Positions 36,497-47,282 of a stretch of DNA of 64,000 nt are shown piece by piece (the first letter of the stretch is position 1; each line of letters begins with the position of its first letter). The stretch lies in contig JAKUPT010000004.1 in assembly GCA_022450595.1 (NCBI GenBank), positions 5,019 to 69,018 of the forward strand, read 5' to 3'. The stretch is from Bdellovibrionales bacterium. Its GTDB lineage: Bacteria > Bdellovibrionota > Bdellovibrionia > Bdellovibrionales > UBA1609. The position numbers and the translations under genes are program-made. The notes under the pieces were generated by a model that saw nothing but the letters and a program-made list of their open reading frames with translations, was not told the origin of the DNA and did not search any database.

Positions 36497-37675
36497 ATTT
36501 TTTCTTTATCTTTTATAGTTACTGTTTTGCTTTATACTAATGCTGGCTTTAGTGTAACAGTAGAACAAAAAATAGGACAACTTTTAGTTCTTGGAACTCC
36601 TGAATCACAAATGAACCACAGACTTATGTCGCATCTTTCTTCAATAAAACCTGGTGGCATTATTCTTTTTAAAAGAAACATTAAATCCCACAAGCAAGTT
36701 ATTGAACTTAATAAGGCCCTACATAAATTAAACGATCTCAACTCAGAACATCCGCTTTTTGTTATGACAGATCAAGAAGGTGGTTCTGTTACCAGAATTC
36801 ATATTGAAAACCACAGCATACCAAGTGCTGCTGAACTTGGTCAGATGAATAATTATAAATTAACGGCATCAATGGGATACTTCACCGGTATATTGCTTGA
36901 AACATTGGGTTTTAATATGAACCTAGCTCCTGTTGTGGATTTGTCTGGATCTTATAAAAATTTTATTGGAAGTCGCTCTTTTGGGAGTGATCCAAACCTT
37001 GTGTTTAACCACGCTATGGCTTTTTCTAAAGCTATGAAAAAATATAACGTGCTTTCAACCCTTAAACTTTTTCCGGGGCATGGGAATACTGAGGTCGACT
37101 CACACTTAGAGACACCCGAAAAATCCGAGTCTTTAAAAGAGCTTTTGTCATCTGATCTGTTTCCTTTTCACTTAGCTTCGAAAAGTAAATTTCCATACGT
37201 TATAATGTCTTCTCATATTCGACTTAGCAATGTGGATAAGTCTAGAATGCCAGCAACCTTTTCAAAAAAAATTATTAATGATTTGTTAATAGAAAAACTA
37301 AAATTTAATGGCTTAGTAATTACTGATGATCTTTTAATGCAAGGGACTTCCATTGAAAGTGTTGGTCGAAAGGCAGAGCTTGCTTTGCGTGCAGGTAATC
37401 ATCTTATAATGTTTGCTTGGAGTCCTAAAAAACAACATGAGGCTTTTCGTTATTTGGTCAACTTAGCCCATGAAGATCCGCAGTTTTTGAATATTATTGA
37501 GCATCGATATAATAAAGTTGTTGCCTTTAAATCATCCTTTTTAAAATCAAATGAATTTTGGAAAAGACCCACTGGAGCTCAAATAAAAAAAATCGGCTTT
37601 ATTAAAAGCCGATTAAATCATTTACTTAAAAAAATTAAAAAATACCAAAGCCAAAAACAGGCTCTAAACTTTTAG
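36476..37675 (+). CDS. nagZ: exported beta-N-acetylhexosaminidase, glycoside hydrolase family 3 (NagZ-like)
   Basis: MTDQEGGSVTRI, KLFPGHGNTEVDSHLETP and GLVITDDLLMQG are GH3/NagZ motifs. Signal peptide MLFINKHIFSLSFIVTVLLYTNA. The alternative upstream ATG at 36443 is less likely. Confidence 0.8.
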   Translation: MLFINKHIFSLSFIVTVLLYTNAGFSVTVEQKIGQLLVLGTPESQMNHRLMSHLSSIKPGGIILFKRNIKSHKQVIELNKALHKLNDLNSEHPLFVMTDQEGGSVTRIHIENHSIPSAAELGQMNNYKLTASMGYFTGILLETLGFNMNLAPVVDLSGSYKNFIGSRSFGSDPNLVFNHAMAFSKAMKKYNVLSTLKLFPGHGNTEVDSHLETPEKSESLKELLSSDLFPFHLASKSKFPYVIMSSHIRLSNVDKSRMPATFSKKIINDLLIEKLKFNGLVITDDLLMQGTSIESVGRKAELALRAGNHLIMFAWSPKKQHEAFRYLVNLAHEDPQFLNIIEHRYNKVVAFKSSFLKSNEFWKRPTGAQIKKIGFIKSRLNHLLKKIKKYQSQKQALNF

Positions 37676-38067
37676 TTTATAAGATCTTTTCTGTTTTCTG
37701 CTCTTTGCAGTTTTCTTTGTAACTTTTCAATCTCTCCAACAGTTAAAGCTTCTTGGTCGAGCATACTTAAAGCTTTGTCATAAGCTATTTGAATTCGTTC
37801 AGCATCTAACTCTTCGGCAGTTTCCGCCGTTTCAGCCAAAACAATCACTTTGTCGTTAATGACTTCTAGATATCCCCAACTCACAGATGCTTTTTTAACT
37901 TCGCCGTCTAATTTGTAAGTTACGATACCTGTGGTCAATGTTGTCATTAAGGGAGAGTGGCCAGGTAGGATCTCTAACTGTCCTTTGAAGGCCGGAATTG
38001 TTACCTCTTCAACTTCCACTTCATTTAGAATTTTTTTTGTCGGTGTAACAAGAGTTAAGTTTAACAT
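37672..38067 (-). CDS. atpC: F1 ATP synthase epsilon subunit
   Basis: 131 aa, ...VTIPAFKGQLEILPGHSPLMT..., located directly after atpD. Confidence 0.9.
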   Translation of the reverse strand: MLNLTLVTPTKKILNEVEVEEVTIPAFKGQLEILPGHSPLMTTLTTGIVTYKLDGEVKKASVSWGYLEVINDKVIVLAETAETAEELDAERIQIAYDKALSMLDQEALTVGEIEKLQRKLQRAENRKDLIN

Positions 38068-38093
38068 GATCTCTCTCCTAAAATGAAAGACTC

Positions 38094-40393
<2,300 letters not shown>

Positions 40394-40403
40394 GCGTTAT
40401 CCT

Positions 40404-41927
40404 TTATTTTTCAGTTGGCTTAAATATCGCCTTAAACTCATCAAGTGCTGTAACAAGAGCAGACTTTACATCGTCGTTTAGTTTTTTCTGTTCTCTTATA
40501 AGATCTAAAACATTTTTGTGTTTTGTTGTTAAGAACTCAACCAGCTCTTTTTCATAGCGCTTAACATCTGCTTCTGGAACAACATCTAAATAACCGTTTG
40601 TAGCGGCATAAATAATACAAACCTGCTCTGCTACTCCATATGGAGCATATTGTGGCTGCTTAAGAACCTCTACAAGTCTTCGCCCACGAGCCAACTGGTT
40701 TTGAGTGGCTTTATCTAAATCAGATGCAAAGGCAGAGAAAGCTTCAAGCTCTCTAAACTGTGCAAGCTCAAGCTTAAGTGTACCGGCCACTTGTTTCATG
40801 GCTTTAATTTGTGCAGCACCACCCACACGAGATACTGATTTACCAACGTTAACCGCTGGGCGAATCCCTTTGTGAAATAGGTCTGCCTCTAAAAAAATCT
40901 GACCATCAGTAATTGAAATCACGTTGGTTGGAATATATGCAGAAATATCTCCGGCCTGTGTTTCAATAATTGGAAGTGAAGTTAATGATCCACCACCTTG
41001 CTCATCACTTAATTTCGCCGCTCTTTCAAGAAGTCTTGAGTGAATGTAAAAAACATCACCAGGGAAGGCCTCACGACCTGGAGGACGTCTTAAAAGAAGT
41101 GAAAGCTGACGATAAGCCTGCGCTTGTTTTGTTAAATCATCATAAATGATTAAGGCATGCTTGCCATTGTCTCTAAAATATTCAGCCATCGCACAACCGG
41201 CATATGGAGCCAAGTATTGAAGAGGAGCTGCATGAGATGCAGAAGCGACAATAACTGTTGTGTACTCAAGCGCTCCGGCTTGGCGAAGCTTTTCAACAAC
41301 CTGAGCCACTGTAGATTGCTTTTGCCCAATGGCTACATAAAAGCACTGAACATCAAGCCCTTTTTGGTTGATAATTGTATCTACAGCAATTGCTGTTTTA
41401 CCTGTTTGGCGGTCACCAATAATAAGCTCACGCTGCCCTCTGCCGATGGGGATCATAGAGTCTATAGCTTTAATGCCTGTTTGCATTGGCTCAGACACCG
41501 GCTGCCTTTCAATGATACCAGGGGCTTTAACGTCGACCACTCTGTGCTCTTTGGCCTCAATTGGGCCACGGCCATCAATAGGGTTACCTAAAACGTCAAC
41601 AACTCGGCCAAGCAAAGCTTCACCTACGGGCACTTGAACAATCTTGCCTGTTCTTTTAACTGTGTCCCCTTCTTTGATGTCTCTGTCTTCACCAAAGATC
41701 ACAACACCAACAGAGTCTTGCTCAAGGTTTAATACCATTCCCGTGATAGAGTTTGAAAACTCAACAAGCTCACCTGCCATTGCATTTTCAAGACCGAAAA
41801 TACGAGCCACACCATCACCCACAGAAAGAACCGTGCCCGTCTCTGTGACTTCTATGCTTTTGTTATAGTTTTTAATCTGTTCTTTTAGAACTTTACTAAT
41901 TTCATCTGATCGAATTTGGATATCCAT
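40404..41927 (-). CDS. atpA: F1 ATP synthase alpha subunit
   Basis: [18 protein letters not shown] (Walker A), [33 protein letters not shown]. Confidence 0.97.
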   Translation of the reverse strand: MDIQIRSDEISKVLKEQIKNYNKSIEVTETGTVLSVGDGVARIFGLENAMAGELVEFSNSITGMVLNLEQDSVGVVIFGEDRDIKEGDTVKRTGKIVQVPVGEALLGRVVDVLGNPIDGRGPIEAKEHRVVDVKAPGIIERQPVSEPMQTGIKAIDSMIPIGRGQRELIIGDRQTGKTAIAVDTIINQKGLDVQCFYVAIGQKQSTVAQVVEKLRQAGALEYTTVIVASASHAAPLQYLAPYAGCAMAEYFRDNGKHALIIYDDLTKQAQAYRQLSLLLRRPPGREAFPGDVFYIHSRLLERAAKLSDEQGGGSLTSLPIIETQAGDISAYIPTNVISITDGQIFLEADLFHKGIRPAVNVGKSVSRVGGAAQIKAMKQVAGTLKLELAQFRELEAFSAFASDLDKATQNQLARGRRLVEVLKQPQYAPYGVAEQVCIIYAATNGYLDVVPEADVKRYEKELVEFLTTKHKNVLDLIREQKKLNDDVKSALVTALDEFKAIFKPTEK

Positions 41928-42476
41928 TTAGTGTGTTCTCCTCTTTATGTCTTCTTTAAGTCTTCTTAAATGATTTTGTAATGTATCGTCGAATCTAAAG
42001 CCGTCTACCTCAGCAACCAATCCACCAATTATTGCCGGATCTTCTTTATAAGTTAGGATCACCTTCTTATTTGTGACCTCTGAAACTTTAGATTCAATTT
42101 TGCTTCTTTCTTCTGGAGATAAAATTGTCGCGGACCGAACCACGCCTCTTGTTACCCCGTGAGCTAAGTCACTTTTTTGTTCATAAGCATAGAGAATTTG
42201 TTCAAACAAGGAGAGGCGCGACTTCTCAGCCAGCACAAGCATAAGATTTAGAAGCTCTTGGCTCACCTTTTGGTCTTTTAATGCTTTTTTTAGCGCTTCA
42301 GATTTTTTTTCCGCAGAAACAAGGTTTGAACTAAAAAACTCTTTTATTTCCGGGCTAGATGTTGTTGCTTCAGAAATCACTCTTAACTCGCCAAACACCT
42401 TTTCTTGGTTTCCGCCCTCAGCCGCCAGATCATATATTGCGGACGCATATCTGTTTGCAACTTCTGACACTCTCAT
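41928..42476 (-). CDS. atpH: F1 ATP synthase delta (OSCP) subunit
   Basis: 182 aa, ...VANRYASAIYDLA..., located between atpF and atpA, C-terminal ...IIGGLVAEVDGFRFDDTLQNHLRRLK. Confidence 0.85.
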   Translation of the reverse strand: MRVSEVANRYASAIYDLAAEGGNQEKVFGELRVISEATTSSPEIKEFFSSNLVSAEKKSEALKKALKDQKVSQELLNLMLVLAEKSRLSLFEQILYAYEQKSDLAHGVTRGVVRSATILSPEERSKIESKVSEVTNKKVILTYKEDPAIIGGLVAEVDGFRFDDTLQNHLRRLKEDIKRRTH

Positions 42477-43030
42477 TACTGCACCACCTGAATTTTACTC
42501 ACAAATTCTGATCTTAACTTTTCCTGTTCTGCATCACCGACTTTTTGCTGAAGAGCCTTGTCGGCCGCCTTAATCGCCTCTTCCAACAACACGTCTTTAA
42601 GTTGAGCTTTTGCTTTCTCAACTTCATACTGAGAGGCTTTTTTTGCATCTTCAATAAGTTTTTCAGAAGTGGCCTTTGCCTCTGATACAAGTCTTTGCTT
42701 TAACTCTTCGGCGTCGGCTCTTGCTTGCGCCAAAGTTTCCTGCTCACTTTGTTTTAGATTGTTTAATTTATCTTCATACAGCTTCTTTTGCTCTTCAGCT
42801 TCTTTCATCGCTCGTTCGGCGCGACTCATAAACTCTGTGTATGAGGCTCTTCTTTCTTTAAAATGCTCTACAACTTTTGACTTTAAGAGGTAAACCAATA
42901 GCCCACCTGCTAATAAAAAGTTAATCACCTGAGCAATTACAAAGTCTGTTGGAACACCATCAGAGCTTCCGCCAGCGGCCCACGCTGCTTTATCAAGAAT
43001 TATAACTAGTAGTATTAGTAGTGCGCGCAT
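42476..43030 (-). CDS. atpF: Fo ATP synthase subunit b
   Basis: 184 aa with a single N-terminal TM segment followed by a long Ala/Glu/Lys-rich helix, located directly 5' of atpH. Confidence 0.8.
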   Translation of the reverse strand: MRALLILLVIILDKAAWAAGGSSDGVPTDFVIAQVINFLLAGGLLVYLLKSKVVEHFKERRASYTEFMSRAERAMKEAEEQKKLYEDKLNNLKQSEQETLAQARADAEELKQRLVSEAKATSEKLIEDAKKASQYEVEKAKAQLKDVLLEEAIKAADKALQQKVGDAEQEKLRSEFVSKIQVVQ

Positions 43031-43043
43031 TGTTTCCTCTTAA

Positions 43044-43481
43044 TTATCCAATTAGTTTTTTAACAATTTCGTTAGCCACAGCAGGAGCCTCAGCTTGAAG
43101 CTGTACTTTTGCCTTTTCAAACTGTTCGCTAACATTAGCTTTTGACTCTTCTAGGATTTTTTTAGCCTCGCTTCGAGATTCGGCCATCATTCCTTCATAA
43201 TTTTTTACGGCTTGATTTTTAGACTCATCAAAAATTGATTTGTATTTCTCGTTGATTTGCTTTGCTTGCTCTTCATACTGAGTTTTAAGCTCTTCTGCTT
43301 CAACCAGGTAACGCTCAGAGTTTTCTTGATTGCCCTCAGTGTTTTCTAGTCTTTTTTTGTAAGCTAAAAAATATGGTTTAAATGCAAGCTGATATATAAG
43401 GATATATACAACCATAAAAATGATTAATTGAATTGGTACATGAGTTAAATCAACACCAAGAGATTTGAGCAATCCCATCAT
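43044..43481 (-). CDS. Fo ATP synthase subunit b' (second b-type stator subunit)
   Basis: 145 aa with one TM segment (IQLIIFMVVYILIYQLAF) followed by a charged helix. It lies immediately upstream of atpF. Confidence 0.7.
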   Translation of the reverse strand: MMGLLKSLGVDLTHVPIQLIIFMVVYILIYQLAFKPYFLAYKKRLENTEGNQENSERYLVEAEELKTQYEEQAKQINEKYKSIFDESKNQAVKNYEGMMAESRSEAKKILEESKANVSEQFEKAKVQLQAEAPAVANEIVKKLIG

Positions 43482-43587
43482 GAGCCTTCCGTAGATTTAA
43501 TTATATTTAATCTGGCACTCTCAGGTATCATTTTTAATGACACCAGGCAAGCTCAAAGCTGTAGTTTTTTATAGGATAATAAAAGCT

Positions 43588-43974
43588 TCATGTTTTCGGC
43601 ATATAAGAGGCACCCTCAAAAACAACCCCCTCATCAATTCTCAAGCTGGGAGTTGTTACAGTGCCAACAAATACCGCCGGCGGATGCATGACAACGCGAC
43701 GCCTAGCAAAAATATTGCCTTTAACAAAGCCACTAATAATAACTGTATCGGCCTCAATTTGAGCTTCTACTTTGGCTCCGGGGTTTATAACAAGGGTGTC
43801 ATTTGTAAATATCTCGCCGGTAAAGTGTCCGCCAATCCTTACTGTGCCCTCAAATGTAAGCCGGCCATCAAAAGAAGCTCCTTGGTCCATTAAGGCTGTT
43901 ATTTGTCCCGCCTTAATATCATCACTTTCTTCTTCTGCCACAAGATCTGCGAGTTGCTCTGTTATTTCTGACAT
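43588..43974 (-). CDS. bactofilin (DUF583 polymer-forming cytoskeletal protein)
   Basis: FDGRLTFEGTVRIGGHFTGEIFTNDTLVINPGAKVEAQIEADTVIISGFVKGNIFARRRVVMHPPAVFVGTVTTPSLRIDEGVVFEG shows the repetitive beta-helical bactofilin pattern. The start overlaps the parB 3' end by 13 nt. Confidence 0.85.
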   Translation of the reverse strand: MSEITEQLADLVAEEESDDIKAGQITALMDQGASFDGRLTFEGTVRIGGHFTGEIFTNDTLVINPGAKVEAQIEADTVIISGFVKGNIFARRRVVMHPPAVFVGTVTTPSLRIDEGVVFEGASYMPKT

Positions 43975-44984
43975 GCGGTCCTCATGTTTTCTACAAGTTG
44001 ATTTAGCTCATCATCGGAATAGAAGTTAATTTTTAATTGCCCTTTTCCACCACTATATTTTATTTGCACCTTTGTGCCCATCACTTTTTGTAAGTCCGCG
44101 GCTAAGCCCTTTACTAACTTTTCAGACATACTCAACTCTGACTCAACTGTTTTTTTAGGCCCATCCAACAGCTGTGGGTTTTTACTAAAACGCTCCATTT
44201 CTTTAACGGTTAGCCCGTCTTTTACAGCTTTTAAAGCTATGCGCCTTTGAAGTTGAGCGTCTGCGATTGATAAAAGGATTTTTGCCTGACCTATAGAAAT
44301 TTTGTCTGACAATACAAGTTTTCTCACCTCGGGCACTAAATTTAATAATCTCAAGCTGTTTGCCACAGTTGCACGCTCTTTACCAACCTTGGTGGCTACT
44401 TGCTGCTGAGTAAGACTGTAGGTTTTCATTAAATAGTCGTAGGCTTCAGCCTCTTCCATAGGGTTTAAATCACGCCTTTGAATGTTTTCAATAAGAGCCA
44501 ACTCAAGGGTTTCTTGATCGTCGACCTCTTTTAATATCACCGGAACTTCATGAAGACCTGCTTGCTGAGCCGCTCTCCACCGTCTTTCACCAGCAATAAT
44601 TTCAAAGCTGTCAGCTGACTTTTTTCTTACGACGATGGGCTGAAGCACGCCTTTTTGTCTGATTGAATCCGCCAGCTCCTTAAGAGCTTCTGTTTCAAAA
44701 TATTTTCTGGGCTGTTTTTCATTTCCCTTGAGTTTATCAATAGATACACTCCATATACGCATTGCGTCTGGTATTTTAATCTCAGCCTTTTGTTTACTTT
44801 CTTTTTCTACAAATCCTGCCTGTAAGCTTTTACTTTTGTAAGCCTCAAACTCTTCTGTTGGCAGCTCTACCTCATCTGGGCCAGCACTTGAGCTTGGTCT
44901 AATGTTTTCACCCAACAAGCTTCCTAGACCTCGGCCTAATCCTGTTTTTTTTGCCACTCTTTTTTCATTTTTTTGATTAGACAT
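43962..44984 (-). CDS. parB: chromosome partitioning protein ParB
   Basis: GLGRGLGSLL, QPRKYFETEALKELADSIRQKGVLQPIVVR, IIAGERRWRAAQQAGL, and an HTH LTQQQVATKVGKERATVANSLRLL. I prefer the ATG at 44984 (GAGGG upstream, ATGTCTAA overlap with the parA stop) over 45002. Confidence 0.95.
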   Translation of the reverse strand: MSNQKNEKRVAKKTGLGRGLGSLLGENIRPSSSAGPDEVELPTEEFEAYKSKSLQAGFVEKESKQKAEIKIPDAMRIWSVSIDKLKGNEKQPRKYFETEALKELADSIRQKGVLQPIVVRKKSADSFEIIAGERRWRAAQQAGLHEVPVILKEVDDQETLELALIENIQRRDLNPMEEAEAYDYLMKTYSLTQQQVATKVGKERATVANSLRLLNLVPEVRKLVLSDKISIGQAKILLSIADAQLQRRIALKAVKDGLTVKEMERFSKNPQLLDGPKKTVESELSMSEKLVKGLAADLQKVMGTKVQIKYSGGKGQLKINFYSDDELNQLVENMRTACQK

Positions 44985-46014
44985 TGCTTTCGCCCTCACC
45001 ATTTATATCGTTAAGTTTTAATGGAACAAAGTCCGCATCCACGGGGCTGTGTTGTTTTTCTGCTTCTTCTGACGGGGCTTTTTCTTCTTCTTTTGGTGCT
45101 TCTAAGATTTTTGTAACCTCTGGCTGAGCCACAACCTCTGGAACCACCTCATTGTGTTCAACTTCAGAGGCCTCTTCAGCTAAAGTCTCTGCTTTTATCT
45201 CTGACTTTACTTCTGCAGTATCAGCAGGCATGTCTTCTTTTTTTTCAGCCTCAACTCTTTCATCTAACTCTTTAGCTAATTCGTTATATTTTTTAGCCCC
45301 AATAGATTTTGAGTCGTATTCAAATATGGAAAGTCCATGGCTCGGGGCCTCGCTAAGCCTTACTGTTCTAGGAATAATGGATTTAAAAACCTTGTCTTTA
45401 AAGTGCGCTTGTATTTCAGAAACCACCTGATGGCTGAGATTGTTTCTTGTATCAAACATTGTTAAAACAATGCCCTCTATTTTAAGCTCTTGATTTAAGT
45501 TCTTTTTAATAAGCCCAGCAGTGTTTAGAAGTTGGCTCAAGCCTTCTAAGGCATAGTATTCGCACTGTAGAGGAACTAAAAATGTATCTGCTGCAGATAA
45601 GGCGTTAACGGTCAGAAGCCCTAATGATGGCGGGCAATCTATAATACAATAGTCAAAGCTGTCTTTCATAAGTTTTAGCTCGTCTTTAAGTCTATACTCA
45701 CGCCTTTCAACCTCAACGAGCTCAATCTCTGCCCCAACAAGGTCAGGGTTTGCGGCTACCACATATAAGTTTTCCTCATTTGATTGCTGCATCACGTCAT
45801 TTATGTTTTTTTCACCTATAATCACGTGATAGGCGTTGCCAGCTTCTTGATCGTATCTTTTTACACCTAACCCGCTTGACGCGTTGCCCTGTGGGTCCAT
45901 GTCAAAAATAAGAACTTTTTTTCCCCTTCTAGCAAGAGCTGCAGCTAAGTTCACAGAGGTCGTGGTTTTACCCACACCGCCCTTTTGGTTTGCCACACAT
46001 ATTGTTCTTAACAT
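44977..46014 (-). CDS. parA: chromosome partitioning ATPase ParA/Soj with a ~92-aa acidic C-terminal extension
   Basis: ICVANQKGGVGKTTTSVNLA (deviant Walker A), the IIDCPPSLG motif, a core ending near ...YNELAKELDERV (aa ~253), then a Glu/Lys/Ala/Pro/Val-rich tail to aa 345. Confidence 0.95.
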   Translation of the reverse strand: MLRTICVANQKGGVGKTTTSVNLAAALARRGKKVLIFDMDPQGNASSGLGVKRYDQEAGNAYHVIIGEKNINDVMQQSNEENLYVVAANPDLVGAEIELVEVERREYRLKDELKLMKDSFDYCIIDCPPSLGLLTVNALSAADTFLVPLQCEYYALEGLSQLLNTAGLIKKNLNQELKIEGIVLTMFDTRNNLSHQVVSEIQAHFKDKVFKSIIPRTVRLSEAPSHGLSIFEYDSKSIGAKKYNELAKELDERVEAEKKEDMPADTAEVKSEIKAETLAEEASEVEHNEVVPEVVAQPEVTKILEAPKEEEKAPSEEAEKQHSPVDADFVPLKLNDINGEGESNV

Positions 46015-46057
46015 TGTTACCCCCAGGCACCTTAAATTTTTTGTTTATATTCCGATA

Positions 46058-46073
46058 TGTTCCATGTGGAACA
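46058..46073. promoter_or_regulatory. parS-like site 1
   Basis: TGTTCCATGTGGAACA, a 15/16 match to the parS palindrome TGTTCCACGTGGAACA. It lies 44 nt upstream of the parA start codon. Confidence 0.8.
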
Positions 46074-46089
46074 ATGGAGCAACAATAAG

Positions 46090-46584
46090 ATGCCGCATTT
46101 TTTTAAAACTATCAATTTTTATATTTTGTTTTTATTATTTCTCTCAATTATTGGGTGCAAGTCTAAAAACCCTAACCCCGAGTTTTTAGATCCTATTTTT
46201 TTGGATTACCAGTCTCAATACAAAGAATTCTCTAAAGAGGCAGAATCTCTTCCTAAACAGATAGAATCAGCTCAAGAGGAGTTGAAAGAGGCGGCTCCCC
46301 GATCCACGGAAAAAGTTGTAGCTCGAAGGGCCCTAAAAAAACTTAAAAGCCAACATGAGACAGCCAAGCAAAAAGCCGAGTATTTTAAGATTAGAATGGA
46401 AAAAAGGCGTATTCACAGTAAAATCGCCTACGAAAAGGCTTTTTATAACGATGAGCCGTGGCCAGACCCTAAAGAGTATAAGGCCTATCAGCAAAATAAA
46501 AAGCTCAGAAGCGCGAATATGAACTGGAATTCACGAGTTCCTAAGCTTTTTAAAGACAATCCAAATTATGAAAACAAAGAATGA
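46090..46584 (+). CDS. small lipoprotein, hypothetical (164 aa from MPHFF...)
   Basis: Signal/lipobox FLLFLSIIGC-KSKN, with a Lys/Glu-rich mature part. The longest ORF starts at 46057, inside parS site 1. The ATG at 46090 places the signal peptide at the N-terminus. Confidence 0.55.
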   Translation: MPHFFKTINFYILFLLFLSIIGCKSKNPNPEFLDPIFLDYQSQYKEFSKEAESLPKQIESAQEELKEAAPRSTEKVVARRALKKLKSQHETAKQKAEYFKIRMEKRRIHSKIAYEKAFYNDEPWPDPKEYKAYQQNKKLRSANMNWNSRVPKLFKDNPNYENKE

Positions 46585-46600
46585 TGTTCCACGTGGAACA
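46585..46600. promoter_or_regulatory. parS site 2 (perfect 16-bp palindrome)
   Basis: TGTTCCACGTGGAACA fills most of the 23-nt gap between the convergent lipoprotein gene and rsmG. Confidence 0.9.
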
Positions 46601-46607
46601 TCACCTG

Positions 46608-47282
46608 TTACTCTGTTCTTTTGGTAAGAATTAAGTGCATACTGGCTAAATTTGCCGGCAATGTGTACTTTTTAACAAGTTGAGGCTGCCAATAAGAGCA
46701 TATCTGAGGCGGTATATCCGCCGCCTCGGTCACCCAAGACTCAGATTTCATGTGATAATACTCCATTCCTGGGGCTGCAACCTTTCTACAAGCCACTAAT
46801 GCTTTGCCAATTGAGGCAAAACCACGAGAAATAGCACACTTAACAGAAGTCTCTGGTAAGTCTTCTATGCGTGAGTGAACAGGCAGGGCGTTTTTAAGGT
46901 TTAATTTACCTGCTACATGTTTTAAAAACTCAATTTTGCGAGCATCCTTGTCAATCATGACAATTTTTCTTGCGGGGTCAAGAATGGCTAAGATAATTCC
47001 TGGCAACCCGTTACCACTGCCTATATCGTATATTTCTTGTTCTGCTGTAGAAGCCAAGAGAGCCTCGCCTGCAGATATACAGTCAGCAAAATGCATTATA
47101 TCTGCATTTCTTTCTGATCTTGGAGAAATTAAATTAATTCGACCGTTAAAACTTATAAGTTCCACGTGGAACACTCTTAATTGTTCTAATTGTAGGTCTG
47201 ATAGGTGAGCAAACCACTCAGGCACTCGCCATTGTGTTTTGGACTCTTCATCAACCAACGTCCCGCTATGATTTGGTAACAC
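46608..47282 (-). CDS. rsmG: 16S rRNA (guanine527-N7)-methyltransferase RsmG (GidB)
   Basis: [18 protein letters not shown] (SAM-binding), located after mnmG. I prefer the GTG at 47282, preceded by AAGGAG at 7 nt; the longest ORF (to 47381) would overlap mnmG by 116 nt. Confidence 0.85.
   Translation of the reverse strand: MLPNHSGTLVDEESKTQWRVPEWFAHLSDLQLEQLRVFHVELISFNGRINLISPRSERNADIMHFADCISAGEALLASTAEQEIYDIGSGNGLPGIILAILDPARKIVMIDKDARKIEFLKHVAGKLNLKNALPVHSRIEDLPETSVKCAISRGFASIGKALVACRKVAAPGMEYYHMKSESWVTEAADIPPQICSYWQPQLVKKYTLPANLASMHLILTKRTE
47158..47173. promoter_or_regulatory. parS-like site 3 (inside the rsmG coding sequence)
   Basis: AGTTCCACGTGGAACA, a 15/16 match to the parS palindrome. 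Confidence 0.75.

Noticed and set aside
41157-41868. Three plus-strand ORFs (74-144 aa) antisense to atpA.
   Set aside because: They lie inside one of the most conserved genes of the window. They have biased Ser/Cys/Leu composition and no RBS.
43513-43528. TGGCAC-N5-GGTAT, resembling a sigma54 -24/-12 element, between the bactofilin gene and atpF'.
   Set aside because: The -12 part does not match TTGC. The element is also oriented on the plus strand, whereas both neighbouring genes are on the minus strand.
43537-44029. Plus-strand ORFs (118 and 85 aa) overlapping the bactofilin and parB genes.
   Set aside because: They are antisense to genes with clear family signatures, and I recognise no motifs in them.
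45152-45430. A 92-aa plus-strand ORF antisense to the parA tail region.
   Set aside because: It is a Ser-rich mirror of the Glu-rich ParA tail and is spurious.
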